Under the pieces are notes generated by a model. It searched no databases and had not been told where the DNA came from. It saw only the letters and a list, made by a program, of their open reading frames with translations. From the NCBI RefSeq assembly GCF_000143415.4, contig NW_003314285.1:1809471-1873470 (forward strand): a stretch of DNA of 64,000 bases, given 5' to 3'. Of this stretch, positions 1 through 13,320 are shown one piece after another. The DNA is from Selaginella moellendorffii (lineage: Eukaryota > Plantae > Lycopodiophyta). The position numbers and the translations under genes were made by a program. The stretch's first letter is position 1. The number at the start of each line of letters is the position of its first letter.

Positions 1-11
1 TAGCACCAGCC

Positions 12-407
12 ATGGCTTCCTTCTCCTTCGCGCGAATGGGGCTAGCCTTCCTTCTTCTAGTCTTGCTCGTTAGCTCCTCCATCTCCACGCTCGTCAAAGA
101 GGAGAGCTCCAACTCCAAGAGCGCTAGTAGCGCCACCACCGCTACTCGCGAGGAGGCGCGGGACGAGCATGGTGGCAAGACCACCACGCAGTGGGGTGGC
201 GGCGGGTGTGGACATCACGGATGTGGCGGCGGTGGTGGATGGGGTGGTCACGGTGGTGGCGGAGGGTGGGGTGGCGGCCGTGGTGGTGGCGGATGGGGCG
301 GCCACGGCGGCGGCCGTGGCGGTGGTGGCGGTGGCTGGGGAGGAGGCGGCGGTGGCGGTGGCGGTGGTCACCATGGTCATGCCGGCGGTAAGAATGGTAA
401 CAACTAG
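12..407 (+). CDS. Secreted glycine-rich protein (GGW/GGH repeats), probable cell-wall GRP
   Basis: Hydrophobic signal-peptide-like N-terminus (LAFLLLVLLVSSS), a short polar spacer, then GGGGWGGHGG repeats; single ORF from ATG 12 to TAG 407. Confidence 0.8.
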   Translation: MASFSFARMGLAFLLLVLLVSSSISTLVKEESSNSKSASSATTATREEARDEHGGKTTTQWGGGGCGHHGCGGGGGWGGHGGGGGWGGGRGGGGWGGHGGGRGGGGGGWGGGGGGGGGGHHGHAGGKNGNN

Positions 408-762
408 AATCCATAGTTATATGGTTCACTGAAAACACTGTAAATTTTGTTGCTCCTTCCTTTTACCTTTTACATGGATTTTCCTTTTTTTCGCAAATAG
501 TGTAGATTTTGTTGCTCGTTTGCTTTCACCTTTTAGACTTTTCTCTCTCCCCTTTTCTCTTTTTCGCAAATTTTTTAAAATCGGACGGCTGAGATTGCGA
601 CACGGTTCGTACTTGGCGCCAAAAAAATATCTCGCTCCTCCACTGTAGCCAGTGAAGTGTGGTGTGGTGTGAGTTTCCCAGGCTAGGGTTTATGGCCGGG
701 AGCTTCCGGGCTATGGCGCATCGCGATCGCGATCTCGTCCCGGCGCGGGTCTAGGCCTGTGA

Positions 763-2751
<1,989 letters not shown>

Positions 2752-2962
2752 AAGATCTTCGATCAACCGCGAAATCTCTCGTGTAAATTTTTCCTATTGT
2801 CTATACTATTGGTCGGATTTTAGGGTTCTTCGATCCGTGGCGCGATCCATCGCCGCGAGGCGCGTGCCCGCCACATGGAATCTCTCACGGCTAAGCACGG
2901 CGCTAAGCTAATCCGGAGCGATTTGGGCAACGAGTGGAGCGGAGGGGAGGATCATCGCAGCT

Positions 2963-4034
2963 ATGGCGGTGTTGAGCGGCGGCTCGCTACTCTTGGTGCT
3001 TCCTCCTCGCGGGCTGGGGCGATGTCCACGGCGGGGGATTCAATGCAGGTATGGCGGCAGCGGGAATGTGGGGCAGGGGATTGATCGTGCCGATCGCCAA
3101 GAACGCCAAGAACACAACAAGGATTTGTTCTCAAATGGACGATGCTGGTGGTCGATCGTCTCGTCGGCCGCGACCGCTGCTCCCGTGCTCTTCCTTCCAG
3201 AGGTAAGAATTCCTTGGAAGTTCTCGAGAGATTAGTCTTCCATCTTTGTTCTTGGTTCGTTCTAACTTCGAGAACTTTTTTGCTTCCTAGGCTGCTTTGG
3301 CTGTGGATGGACAATTTGGCATCCTGGAAGGACGCTCTTTCGCTCTGCTTCACCCGATCGTCATGGGAGGATTGTTTGCCTACACGATCTGGGCCGGCTA
3401 CTTGGGATGGCAATGGAGACAAGTGAGAACCATCCAAGCGGAGGTCACGGAGCTCAAGAAGCAAGTCAAACCTCGAGAGGAGAACTCTCCGCCCTCGGAG
3501 ATCGAGCGAAAGATCGAGAAACTCACCGAGGTACGTAACAGTGACATCAAGCCTTGGATTTCTATGGTTGTCGCTTTTTTTCTTTCTGACTTGGTTGGTT
3601 TCTTGTTGTTGCTTTCCAATTCCAGGTAAGGAAAGAACTCGTCAAGGGTGGATTTCGCGACAGGCATTTCAACGCTGGATCCATCCTCCTGGGATTTGGA
3701 GTGACCGAAGCCGTGGGTGGCTGCGTCAATACGTGGTTTCGCACTGGGAAGCTCTTCCCGGGGCCTCATTTGTTTAGCGGCGCTGGTAAGCTTCTCTCGT
3801 CTAAGCACACTGCCATTTGATTGATGGATTTTCCTTCCTCGTTTTCTCTTCGCAGCGATCACTGTGCTGTGGGCTCTCGCCGCCTCGCTCGTCCCGGCGA
3901 TGCAAAAGGGCAACGATACCGCCAGAAATCTTCACATCGCCCTCAACGTTGCAAATCTCCTCCTCTTTGTGTCGCAAATCCCCACAGGACTCGAGATCGT
4001 CGCCAAAGTTTTCGAGTTTACAACGTGGCCTTAA
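2963..4034 (+). CDS. DUF4079-family membrane protein, probably plastid-targeted (4 exons: 2963-3202, 3291-3530, 3626-3785, 3856-4034)
   Basis: GQFGILEGRSFALLHPIVMGGLFAYTIWAGYLGWQWR, FRDRHFNAGSILLGFG and AMQKGNDTARNLHIALN join in frame across canonical GT-AG introns; the protein ends FTTWP*. Confidence 0.85.
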
Positions 4035-5077
4035 AAGGTGGCGGACGTGGTCCCTTGTACGACAAGAATATGCACTCACATTCTCTTGTACGAGATGAAT
4101 ATTCCCCCATTGCTAGATCCTTCGAATCTTCCCTGGTTGGACTGGCACCGTCACTCTTTTCTTTTACGAGCACATTGTACGGCAAAGCTAGACGCAGTTC
4201 AACTGTTTGGCGATGGTCTTCTCGACAAACTCTTCCACCGACACTCCCGCATCGGGCAATCCGGGCCGTCGATCCAGCTTTCCACGCTTTAGATGCTCCC
4301 AAAAAGAATTTCCTGGATTAAAGTGGGCGCAGTGCTGTGCTGCACAGCCTGGACGGAGATTCAACCATTTAAATCAGAATATTCGCCGCTTGATGCCTTG
4401 AGTTTTACCCAACCATAGGATTCTGGTAAAATTTATGGAATGCTGTCCGACTGCATGGTTGGTGGAGAGGCAATTGTTCGCTGGCGGACGCCACGCCACT
4501 TTTTACAAACCGGTGTGGAGTAAATGTGTTTTTTTTCTTGAATCCGGTCCTGGCACGAAGCGTTGCAGAGGATTCATGTGGACTGTAAGAGCCGCAAGGT
4601 GAAAATTTTGGAGCAAGTTGGGGACGAGATTTTTACCGCGTGGGGATGAAATTTTTTGGTGTTTTTGCCGCGAAACAGAAAGAGTTGCTTACGCGCCACA
4701 ATTTTTACATTTCTTACTTAACGATATTAACAGCCGTCCAGGCTGGCAGGATCTAGTCCGTCGGATGGGAGTAAGCGGCCAGCTGGACGAAAGCGTGTGC
4801 GTGGGTTTGACGGCTATGATTTGGCCACCAGAGCAGATGCATCGATCTTGACCCTTGGCTTGAAACGAAAGGTCCCCCGCACCAGCCGGAATCGAACCTT
4901 CACGGCCGGCAACGGCTGCGATGGGCCCACGTGGCAGATCGGACAGACGGCAACTGTTAATGAGACGGAGCTAGAGACGTCAAGTATAGAGGTAGTATAG
5001 GCGCGCCATCGACGAGCAAGGCAGGGCAAGGTGGAGCACCTCACGCATAGATTTCGATAGATCGGCAGTACTCAGCC

Positions 5078-6655
5078 ATGGATTGGCGATTGTTCTTGCT
5101 TCTGTGGATGATCACGACTCCAGCATTGCGCGCGGCGCCAGCAATCCCATCGCGCGCCGTGCACGATCGCGAGATTTCGTCGCGGAATACGCACAAGAAG
5201 CAGGCCAGCCCAGATCTAGGCCCAAGATCGCCGTTGAATCGTCCGCGAGCAGGTCCTAGCACGGTAATCTCGTCCTCCATTCCACATTCCTCCTCCTCCG
5301 GGGATTCTTTGCCCAAAATCTCGTCCAAGGGTTCCAGCTCCAGCTCCGTCCTGGCGGCGCTCATGGAATCCCAGTACACGGAGCTCATGGAGCTCATGGG
5401 GCACGCAGGGATGCTGGAGCCGCTGGAGAAAGTCGTAGGGAAGGGCAGCATCACAATCTTCGCTCCCAGGAACGCTTACATGGAGCAACAGGTGGACAGC
5501 GAATTCAAGCATTTCCTCCTCGAGCCAGGGAACATCAAGCACTTGCGCCAGGTTCTCAAGCACCACATCGTCCCCGGGAAGATAATGTCGGAAGATTGGA
5601 GCAACCGGACGGTGAGAACGCTCTCCACGGAGACCGTGCGCATCCATTCCCACCGCGGGATCAACCGGGTGGAGCTATCCGAGGTGACCAGCCCCAATGA
5701 TATCAACAAGAAGGATGGAGTCGTCCACGGGGTGAATGGATTGCTGGTGCCCAGATCGGTCCAGGAGGCGTTCTCGGTGAAGAAGCTGGGCAGCAGCGCG
5801 AATGCACTACTGCCACAGGCATCGCCAGAGTTTGATCCACTGGGGGCGAGTCTGGCGGAGATGAGCAAGGAGTTCCAGGATTTCCTCGAGGCCGCCGAGT
5901 CGCCACTACCACTCGAGTTTGCTTACGCCCCCGAGGTCGCCCCGGCCCCAGCCCCGGGACCATCTTCCGGCAAGCACCGGGTCTACACTTGGGAAGACGT
6001 GGACGACTTCGTATCGACATTGGCGAATTTTGGGGGTTACAACGAGATGGCGGAGCTGCTGGTGAATTTGACATCGTTCGCCTGGGACATGGCCAAGCTG
6101 GTGAACGAGGGGCACAGATTGACGCTCCTGGCACCCAACGATCATGCCATGGACCATCTCACCACCGAGCAGCTCAACGCCCCCGGGGGATTGGAGGCGA
6201 TTCTCATGTACCATGTCCTCACGGAGTACCAGACCGAGGAGAGTCTCTACAACGCGGTGAGAAGGTTTGAGAAGGTGAAGTTCCTCACGCTATGGCAGCC
6301 GCATACGATCCACGCCAAGGAAACAGATGGAACTGTCCAGTTTGGTGAGGGGGAAAGTGGCGCGCTACTTTACGATCACGATATCTTCACAGATGGCCAC
6401 ATCTCCATACAAGGCATCAGCAAAGTTCTGACGATACCACCAGCAGAGACCAAGGATCCCAAGGAGGTTGTACGCGGTGCTGGCAGCCCGAAGAGCAAGC
6501 GTGGGAGAGGGCTGTTTGAGACGAGATCAAAACAAAGCGGTAAGTTCTAAAAGCTTTCCTGTGAACTTTCGATGTGGAGTTTTGATTTTATTTTCGGTCT
6601 GGTGGCTGCAGGATTTGGCATCACGCAAAGCATTCGCCAGTTGCTACATTTTTAG
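5078..6655 (+). CDS. FLA: Fasciclin-like arabinogalactan protein with two FAS1 domains (FLA15-18 type)
   Basis: Signal peptide; FAS1 H1/H2 motifs TIFAPRN, DGVVHGVNGLLVP, LTLLAPND and DGHISIQGISKVL; APAPAPGP linker. The last short exon (6612-6655) is inferred from a GT at about 6540 and an AG at 6611. Confidence 0.9.
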
Positions 6656-9600
6656 TCAGGGGACCTGGGGTAAGGTAAGTTGGTGGTTAGCTCTTTTTGA
6701 CAATGCAGCATTTCAACTTTAATCACTTCGCTGGGCTTCTTTGCAGGACACAACAGCAACTGGTCCGCAAATTTTAGTGGAGAATCTCCAATTAAATGCA
6801 TTGGTTGGTAGTACGTGTCATCCTTGAGCGGGGGGAGTGAGCAACATCATCAAGGTCACTTCGTTTTGGAATCTGGAGTTCTCGAGCTCGTCCAGCAGAG
6901 TTGGAACCGGGGTTGGATTTTGCTCTTCTCAAGGTTGCAGTTGCAGTTTACAATGATCTTGCAATTCTTCCGATCGACCGACGCTGCGAAGACACAGATG
7001 GTGGTGATCACTCCTTTGAAGTCCGCAGGCTCCTCTTCTCACTACTCAAGTGATGGTTCATCGCAAATGTAATTACAGGTGCACAAGCGCTAGGCCGCTT
7101 CATATTTTTTTAGAGGGCTGTAGAAGAGCAGGCAGGAGTTACTCCTCAGCGATTCTTCCCCGGGATTTGCAGCAGGAGAAGAAGAAAAAGAACCAGGAAA
7201 ACATAAAAAGAAGCAGGGAAAGATCTGGAGAAAGATGGTGGATCGGCACTCTGGGAAAAAAAAAAAAAAAAAAAAAAGGATGGACAGTGGACAGACATCA
7301 CTCTGGCATAAGCGGAAGAGTTCCTTTGGTAGCATTCTCAGGAACTCAAGCAGCAGCAGCAGGACGCGTGTGTAGAAGATGCTATCTATCTTCATGGATA
7401 GACAGGAGAAACGCTGGGGGTATGCCACAAAATAAGACTGGATTCCTGCTCTCGGTATCCTGTATTTTTTCGAGGCTCAAGTTGTAAAAAGTTTGCCAAG
7501 AGGAGAGAGCGTTGCTTGCTACTCCCCCTTTCTTGGAGAAAAAAAAACTCTCTCTCTCAGTGGCCAGTGGTTTGTGAATAATCTCATTGCGTTTTAGTTG
7601 CTCTCTCTGGATTTGCTTTTACTCTCCTCGACTAACGCGGTTCTAACGCTCTGCAAAGCTCTCTGAGCTTATGCGATTGTTTTTGTTGTGGTGTTTTCTT
7701 CCAGGCATGATGATGCGATGGAAAAGTATCTGAAAATGTACGCGCTAGCTACCAGACTGTGACTGCGAGAGCAAGAACTTAAATTCGAAGGCACTGCTGG
7801 TGCTGCTCTTGCTGGTGAGATGTCAAAGAGCTCGAGTTTTGTGTTGTCCTCTTCTTTTATGGAGGACGCGAGACGAGGAGGTAGGCCATTTCTTTCGAGC
7901 TACTTCGAACTCACTACACTTAGCATTGTTGCCACGATTCCTGGTGATCAAGGAGAGGAGGCCCACAGCTGGAGCTACGTCTTAACTTCCACTCTTGTCG
8001 CGGTAAGCGCACCATTTGTCTACGCTAACTAGTTCTTCTCGATCCGACTTCTCATATACGTTTTTTTCTTTTGTTGGTGGATGGTAGGAAAGCGAGAAAC
8101 TTTCACGAGTTTTTCTTCTTTTCTTCGCTGAGGGAGAAGCGAGATTTTTGCCATAGGAAGCATGCGGTGCTTTCCAGGGTGTTGCTGTTTTCTTTTCGGA
8201 AGGGGGGTCCCTCCTCGCTTGTTACGCACACGTCTTTGTTTAGAATCAAAACAGTGAAGCCAGCCGATCGAAAGCGAATCCGAGGAGGCATCGCTCCCAT
8301 CAACGACGATCGATCGTGCAGTGGTGAGCACTACATACTACAAAAGCTGGACAGATTCGTTTGGTAAGCTTTGAAGTTTTTGAACAGTTCAAAGCGTTTT
8401 GGTTAGGACTCCTTTTTTCAATGCAGCACTGCCGCACTAATCCCGCTGGCAGATCACAAAACAAAGTGCAACTTGGTAAAGCTTCGTCTTTTTTTTTATC
8501 CTGGTGTCTTCACTCTCCCTTTGCGATTTTAATAAGGGTGTTTGTTGCACAGGCTGGTTGGCAAGCTGTTTGCGTCTGGCTGGTTCTTGGACACATCTGG
8601 GAAAATGGAAGCTACTGCCTTAACTCAGGTATTGTTTTTCTTCCTAAGCTTCAGATTAGTCCACTGGAGGAAAGAGCTACAGGAAGTTCTGGACCACCAC
8701 GACACATAAACTACCATTTGTGGATGGTGAAATCTAGAATTTCTTAAGCTTTAGATCTAGTGGTGGTTGCGGGCTTGAGTGTAGGCTGGTTGACTGTCTA
8801 TGCATTTTGGTAAAGTTTTCAGAGAGTTGTATGCCTCCCTCGCTCTTTGCTTTCTCGGCCCACCTAGTCCCACTATATGCTTCTGTCTGACAACTGAGCT
8901 CACGCAATTGACATTCTCTCGCTTCGCTCGCTCGCTCGCAAATTTCTCCATCCTAGCGTTCGGCTATAGATTGCAACAGCACACTAGCGTGATTTCGATT
9001 GATTGACTGATTTGTGTCTCAACACTAAAGTAAAAGGAAAATGATTTTGTTGCTGCATGACAAGTGGAATCATTTTCGAGAGAGCAATCCACACAACCCG
9101 TGCACAATCTGTGATGCTGGTACGACCATTTCGCTTTTCTTTGTTTTTTATATTCCCGTGACATCTCGACTCATCGAGAGCTCGCTTTTTGTGCAGAGGC
9201 TGCACAGACAGAAGATGATCAGTGTAAGAGAAGGTTAAGTTATATATCAGTCATGCAACGTGAATGCATTGTCGTGGCAATGCTCGAGGATGATAGCGAT
9301 CGATTGGAGCACACCTGTCATTCATCCATTATCAATACATCACCATAAAACCATCAGACGAAACAAATCAGACAGCGAGGAGTTTATGCCGCCTGATCTA
9401 AGGTCTGATGATCATCCTTTTCGCAAACTTATGGTGCCTCACATGCTCATGGTCAGCCATTTGAAGGCGTCGATAAAGAGGGAGAGAATAAACAAAGACT
9501 TTCCGGCACGACAGACCAGCTCTTCCATTAAACTTCTGGCTACTGTTATTACGTCGACCAGAGCTTGTTCAAACGAGACATCTTTCAACCAGGTCGTGCC

Positions 9601-9939
9601 GGACAGCCAAGCCGGATCGACCGACTCAAATTCCCTCAAAAGAATCGTGCTACACTACGAAAAGAAAAACCAAAAAGAGAACTTGGACCCGAGACCGGAC
9701 CAGCTCAACCCACCGAAGAAAACTCTGGGAAAAAGCCAGCAGCCGGCTGTGCAAGGAATAATTTTGTACACTACACACCATGGGAGCTGACTTGCTGTTC
9801 ATCCGTTCGCCCCGTCCACCGAGTTGATGACAAGCTTAACAAACAAGTTCGTCGTCATCGCTCCCTTGACAGGTAAAACTCGTTTTGTTTTTGTTCTTTC
9901 TCTCCACTGTGCTCGTTTTGTTTGCAGCAAGAGCTCATC

Positions 9940-10902
9940 TCACCGGACGCACTCGAAACCCCGGCAAATTCCCAGCCAGATGACAAACAAAAGAATGCAC
10001 ACCGCTACGTCCACCAGCAGCACCAACTTGACAGTCCTCCACCATTTGTTCTCGGCCTCCCGGATGCTAAAGCTCTTGCTGTGGGGATACAAGTCGCCGG
10101 CCTCGTTGTTCCTCGCATTGCCAGCCGGAGCGGTCACATTAAAGCTGCTGTTACCCGGTTGATCCACCACCACCTCGATCCGGCCACCCCGATCATCGCC
10201 ACCATCCTCGTCGTCACCTCCGATACCATTCGCTAGCAAATGCTGGACTTGGATGGGCTCCTCCTGCTGCTGCTGGTGAAGGTTTCCATTCATCCTCTTG
10301 TGCCGTGACGAGCGGACAGCTCGGCTACCCGACCTCCCCATCTCGGGCCCGCCGTCGGACCGCTCGCTACCGCTGTACAACGGGTCGGTCATCGCGCTGC
10401 CCTCATCCGCGCGGTATGGTACGGAGGGCGCCGCTGGTGGTACGGACGAGCCGCGCGGACTGGCCTGAGCTCTCAAGCTATCGATCTCCTTCTGCGGCAC
10501 TCCAATGAGGGGCAGCGTGAGAACCTTGATGGTGGCGCCGAATTCCTTGTTGATGGCCGACGCGAAGGACTCCAGTCCCTCGCCGTCGCTGCGGAGGCCC
10601 CGCGAGTCGAGAAACGCGACGAATTCGTCACGCATGGCTTCCAGGAACGCGAAAGCGTCGCTCTTGCCCAGCGCCTCGTCCACGATGCAGCAGTACGTGA
10701 AGGCGCCCTCCATGAGGCACGAGAAGATCCGGCGCTTGATGGTGAGCGTGAATCGGCTGTGGAGTGGCGGCATCTGCTCGAGGCATTCCACGACGACGGG
10801 CGCGAGGTCGCGCGAGGAGGAGCGGTTCTTGTACTCCGCGAGCGCCCGCCCGCCCGATCGCGAGACCGAGGCGTAGTAGACGAGCACCGGCAAGAGACCC
10901 AT
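9940..10902 (-). CDS. PHYL1: Phytolongin (non-SNARE longin domain plus C-terminal TM helix)
   Basis: N-terminal longin domain (LVYYASVS..LAEY, CLEQMPPLHSRFT, FTYCCIVDEALGKSDAFAFLE). C-terminus WWRTVKLVLLVDVAVCILLFVIWLGICRGFEC is typical of phytolongins. Intronless. Confidence 0.9.
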   Translation of the reverse strand: MGLLPVLVYYASVSRSGGRALAEYKNRSSSRDLAPVVVECLEQMPPLHSRFTLTIKRRIFSCLMEGAFTYCCIVDEALGKSDAFAFLEAMRDEFVAFLDSRGLRSDGEGLESFASAINKEFGATIKVLTLPLIGVPQKEIDSLRAQASPRGSSVPPAAPSVPYRADEGSAMTDPLYSGSERSDGGPEMGRSGSRAVRSSRHKRMNGNLHQQQQEEPIQVQHLLANGIGGDDEDGGDDRGGRIEVVVDQPGNSSFNVTAPAGNARNNEAGDLYPHSKSFSIREAENKWWRTVKLVLLVDVAVCILLFVIWLGICRGFECVR

Positions 10903-11068
10903 CTAGCAGATCATCCGAGATTGGGGGAATGTGCGACTTGGGTCGGCGGATCGAGGGATTTGGCGACGTGGGTCGCAACGAATCGATCCTATCTCGCGAG
11001 CCCAGATGGGAATTCGTAGAGTGGCCCCCTGTTCTAGCTTCCCTGCCTGTTCGAGTAAGAACTAGATC

Positions 11069-11119
11069 TTGATTGATTGATTGATTGGCGATGGGTGTGT
11101 GTGTGTGTGTGTGTGTGTG
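11069..11119. repeat. (TTGA)n and (GT)n microsatellites upstream of the phytolongin ATG
   Basis: ttgattgattgattgattg followed by about 13 GT units. Confidence 0.9.
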
Positions 11120-11589
11120 TCTTTCCTTTTCGCTCCTTTTCACCTTCCCAGCTCGCAATCCTCTACCTAATTTTCCAACCCCTAGAAAGAGAGACGATCT
11201 GCAAAGCCTGCGGTGGAGAAATTTTGCTGCTCGCGAGTCCACCCTATAAATCCACGCATCCAAATCCACATTTGAGCTCTCCTCGCCCTTTGTGTCAAAT
11301 TCCCATCGCGAGTAGTGACGCTTTACTTACATGAGAGAGAGCCGAGCCGAGCCCAAAGACGCGGTTTCGGAGCATCTCGCGCGTAATCCACATTGACGGC
11401 CAAAGGGATTTTCACCCGTGCGCGTATGTGTGTGTGTATGTGTTTTTTGTGGGCTCGTCAATCTCTAGCTTTTGAAAAGTCCAGTCTATCAATAGCTATT
11501 CTATCAAACACCGCATAGACAAAACCAAGACTAGCTGGCAAACATGTGAAACTTCTACCGCGGCTTTGCCCTAAACTAAGCAACATGGA

Positions 11590-12100
11590 GGCCGAATATT
11601 CGCACAAACTTGGGAAGAGCGGCTTGTTCGATCACTCCGGTGGATCTGTGAGGTTTTCGATATTCCTCAGCGTCTCCAGTTCTGGGATAGTGGCCAGAGG
11701 AATATGGCTTTGATCTTCTCGCTCACGCAACGTGAATGTGCGTTCCAGACGCTCGTCGCTGCCCTCATGGCTTGTGCCGAGCAGAAAGAATTATCACAAG
11801 AAAGGCCGACGCTCTCCAGGAAGTCCACTTCGGAGTCTGTGAAGTGTGGCTTTCTCTCGGACAAGGTGGTGGCAAATTCCCTGGTAGACCCGCTGCGAAA
11901 GTATGGTGGAAGCTCGAAAAGTTTTCGACAAGATGCCGAGCTGAGAAGTGGTTTCGCGGAATTCACTGCTGCTGGGATACGTTGTCAACTGGGAGAGTGA
12001 AGTAAGCTTAGGATGGTGAAATCTGGTGGGCCGAATTGGAAGCAGACTGGCTTCGCTTGAATCCCACGCTATACAGATTGCAGAGCAACGTAACCCTGCT
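11590..12100 (+). pseudogene. PLS-class PPR gene relic
   Basis: CGFLSDKVVANSLVD, then after a frameshift EARKVFDKMPS*EVVSRNSLLLGYV: PPR consensus motifs with a stop and a frameshift. Confidence 0.65.
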
Positions 12101-12149
12101 GCATGCAAAAAGTCTCGTGGATTGCAGGGACTCCTTTTGTAACCAGTCG

Positions 12150-13320
12150 TGACTTGAAACGAGTGGTGCCATCAGGGTGTGCTTTCGAAGCAAACACCCA
12201 GCAGGAATAGACGAAACCAGCACGAGAGTGCTATTCTTCCTCCGCGAACGCATCTCATCCGAATTTTTCTTCTGGAGAATCCCATGGCTTGACCGTAAGA
12301 GCTGGGATAGGACGCTCTCCAACAGTGGAAACGAATGAGGCGAATTGGTCTTCCTCTAGCGGTCAGAGCGGCGTAGAGTCTGCGTCAACCCTAGCACGAC
12401 CCGGAGGAACGGGATCCAGGGGAGGAATAGGGGCGGCATTTACCACCGGAGGAACCAGGGCAGCGAGGATGATGGAGACAGAAGGTCGTCAGGAGGATCT
12501 CCCACAGTTTCTGGAGGACGTAGGCTGCGAGACTGAGCTGAGCAAAGCTCACCAGCTTCAAGCACCTGCACTTGATCATCTTTGGCCTTGGCCACCTTGG
12601 TGAACATGGAAAGGATGGTCAACCCAATGACATTCTGCACCTCTCGTGGCCTGTTCAAGTTGAAGTATCCATTGTCTGTAGGAATGGAAAGTGAAAACAC
12701 TAAAGACAATGCTCCGTTGTGGTAGTGAGAAGATGGAGCTTGTACACACCAATGATATGTGTGGTCCCATGCAGACGCTTGGACGAGGTTGGTTATCGAT
12801 ATTTTCCTGACATTTGTCAATGATTTTTCTCGCTATACGGTGGTGTATTTTCTACGCCTCAAATCTGAAGCGGTACAGCATTTTCTCAAGTTCACAGCTG
12901 TAGGCAAGACAAACTGGGCAGGGTTTGAAACGGCTGAGGTGTGACAGGGGTGGCGAGTACACATCAGGTGAATTCGATCCAGTTTGCCAAGAGGCTGAGC
13001 TATATTCTTCGAGAATTTCACAGCGGCGTATACTCCGGTTGTGCTGAGAGGAAGAATCGCAACAGGTGAGTGGCTTACCCAATTCTTTTTGGATCAGCCT
13101 GGCTAACTATGTCCAAAATTGCGCCTGAACTGGACGGAAGCCCTATGTGACACACTTGCGCATCTTCGGCTGCGAGGCTTGGGCTCACGTCCCTGGTCAG
13201 ATGAGAAGAAAGCTTGATGCCAAGAGCGTTGAGTGCAAATTTCTGGGTTACAGCTTGGAATGCAGCCTGGCACCGAGTGGATCACAAGCGTAACGTTGTC
13301 TAGGAGCAAGAGTGTATAGA
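12150..13320 (+). mobile_element. Degenerate Ty1/copia retrotransposon fragment (integrase region)
   Basis: FLTFVNDFSRYTVVYFLRLKSEAVQHF (about 12800-12885), GGEYTSGEF (about 12948) and HLRIFGCEAWAHVP (about 13154) are copia integrase/SH3 motifs, in broken frames. Boundaries are approximate. Confidence 0.8.

Noticed and set aside
9289-9410. Possible C/D snoRNA (GCCGCCTGATCTAAGGT before CTGA resembles the complement of the LSU rRNA 5' end)
   Set aside because: No canonical box C (RTGATGA) or terminal stem at a suitable distance; the match is short and could be chance.
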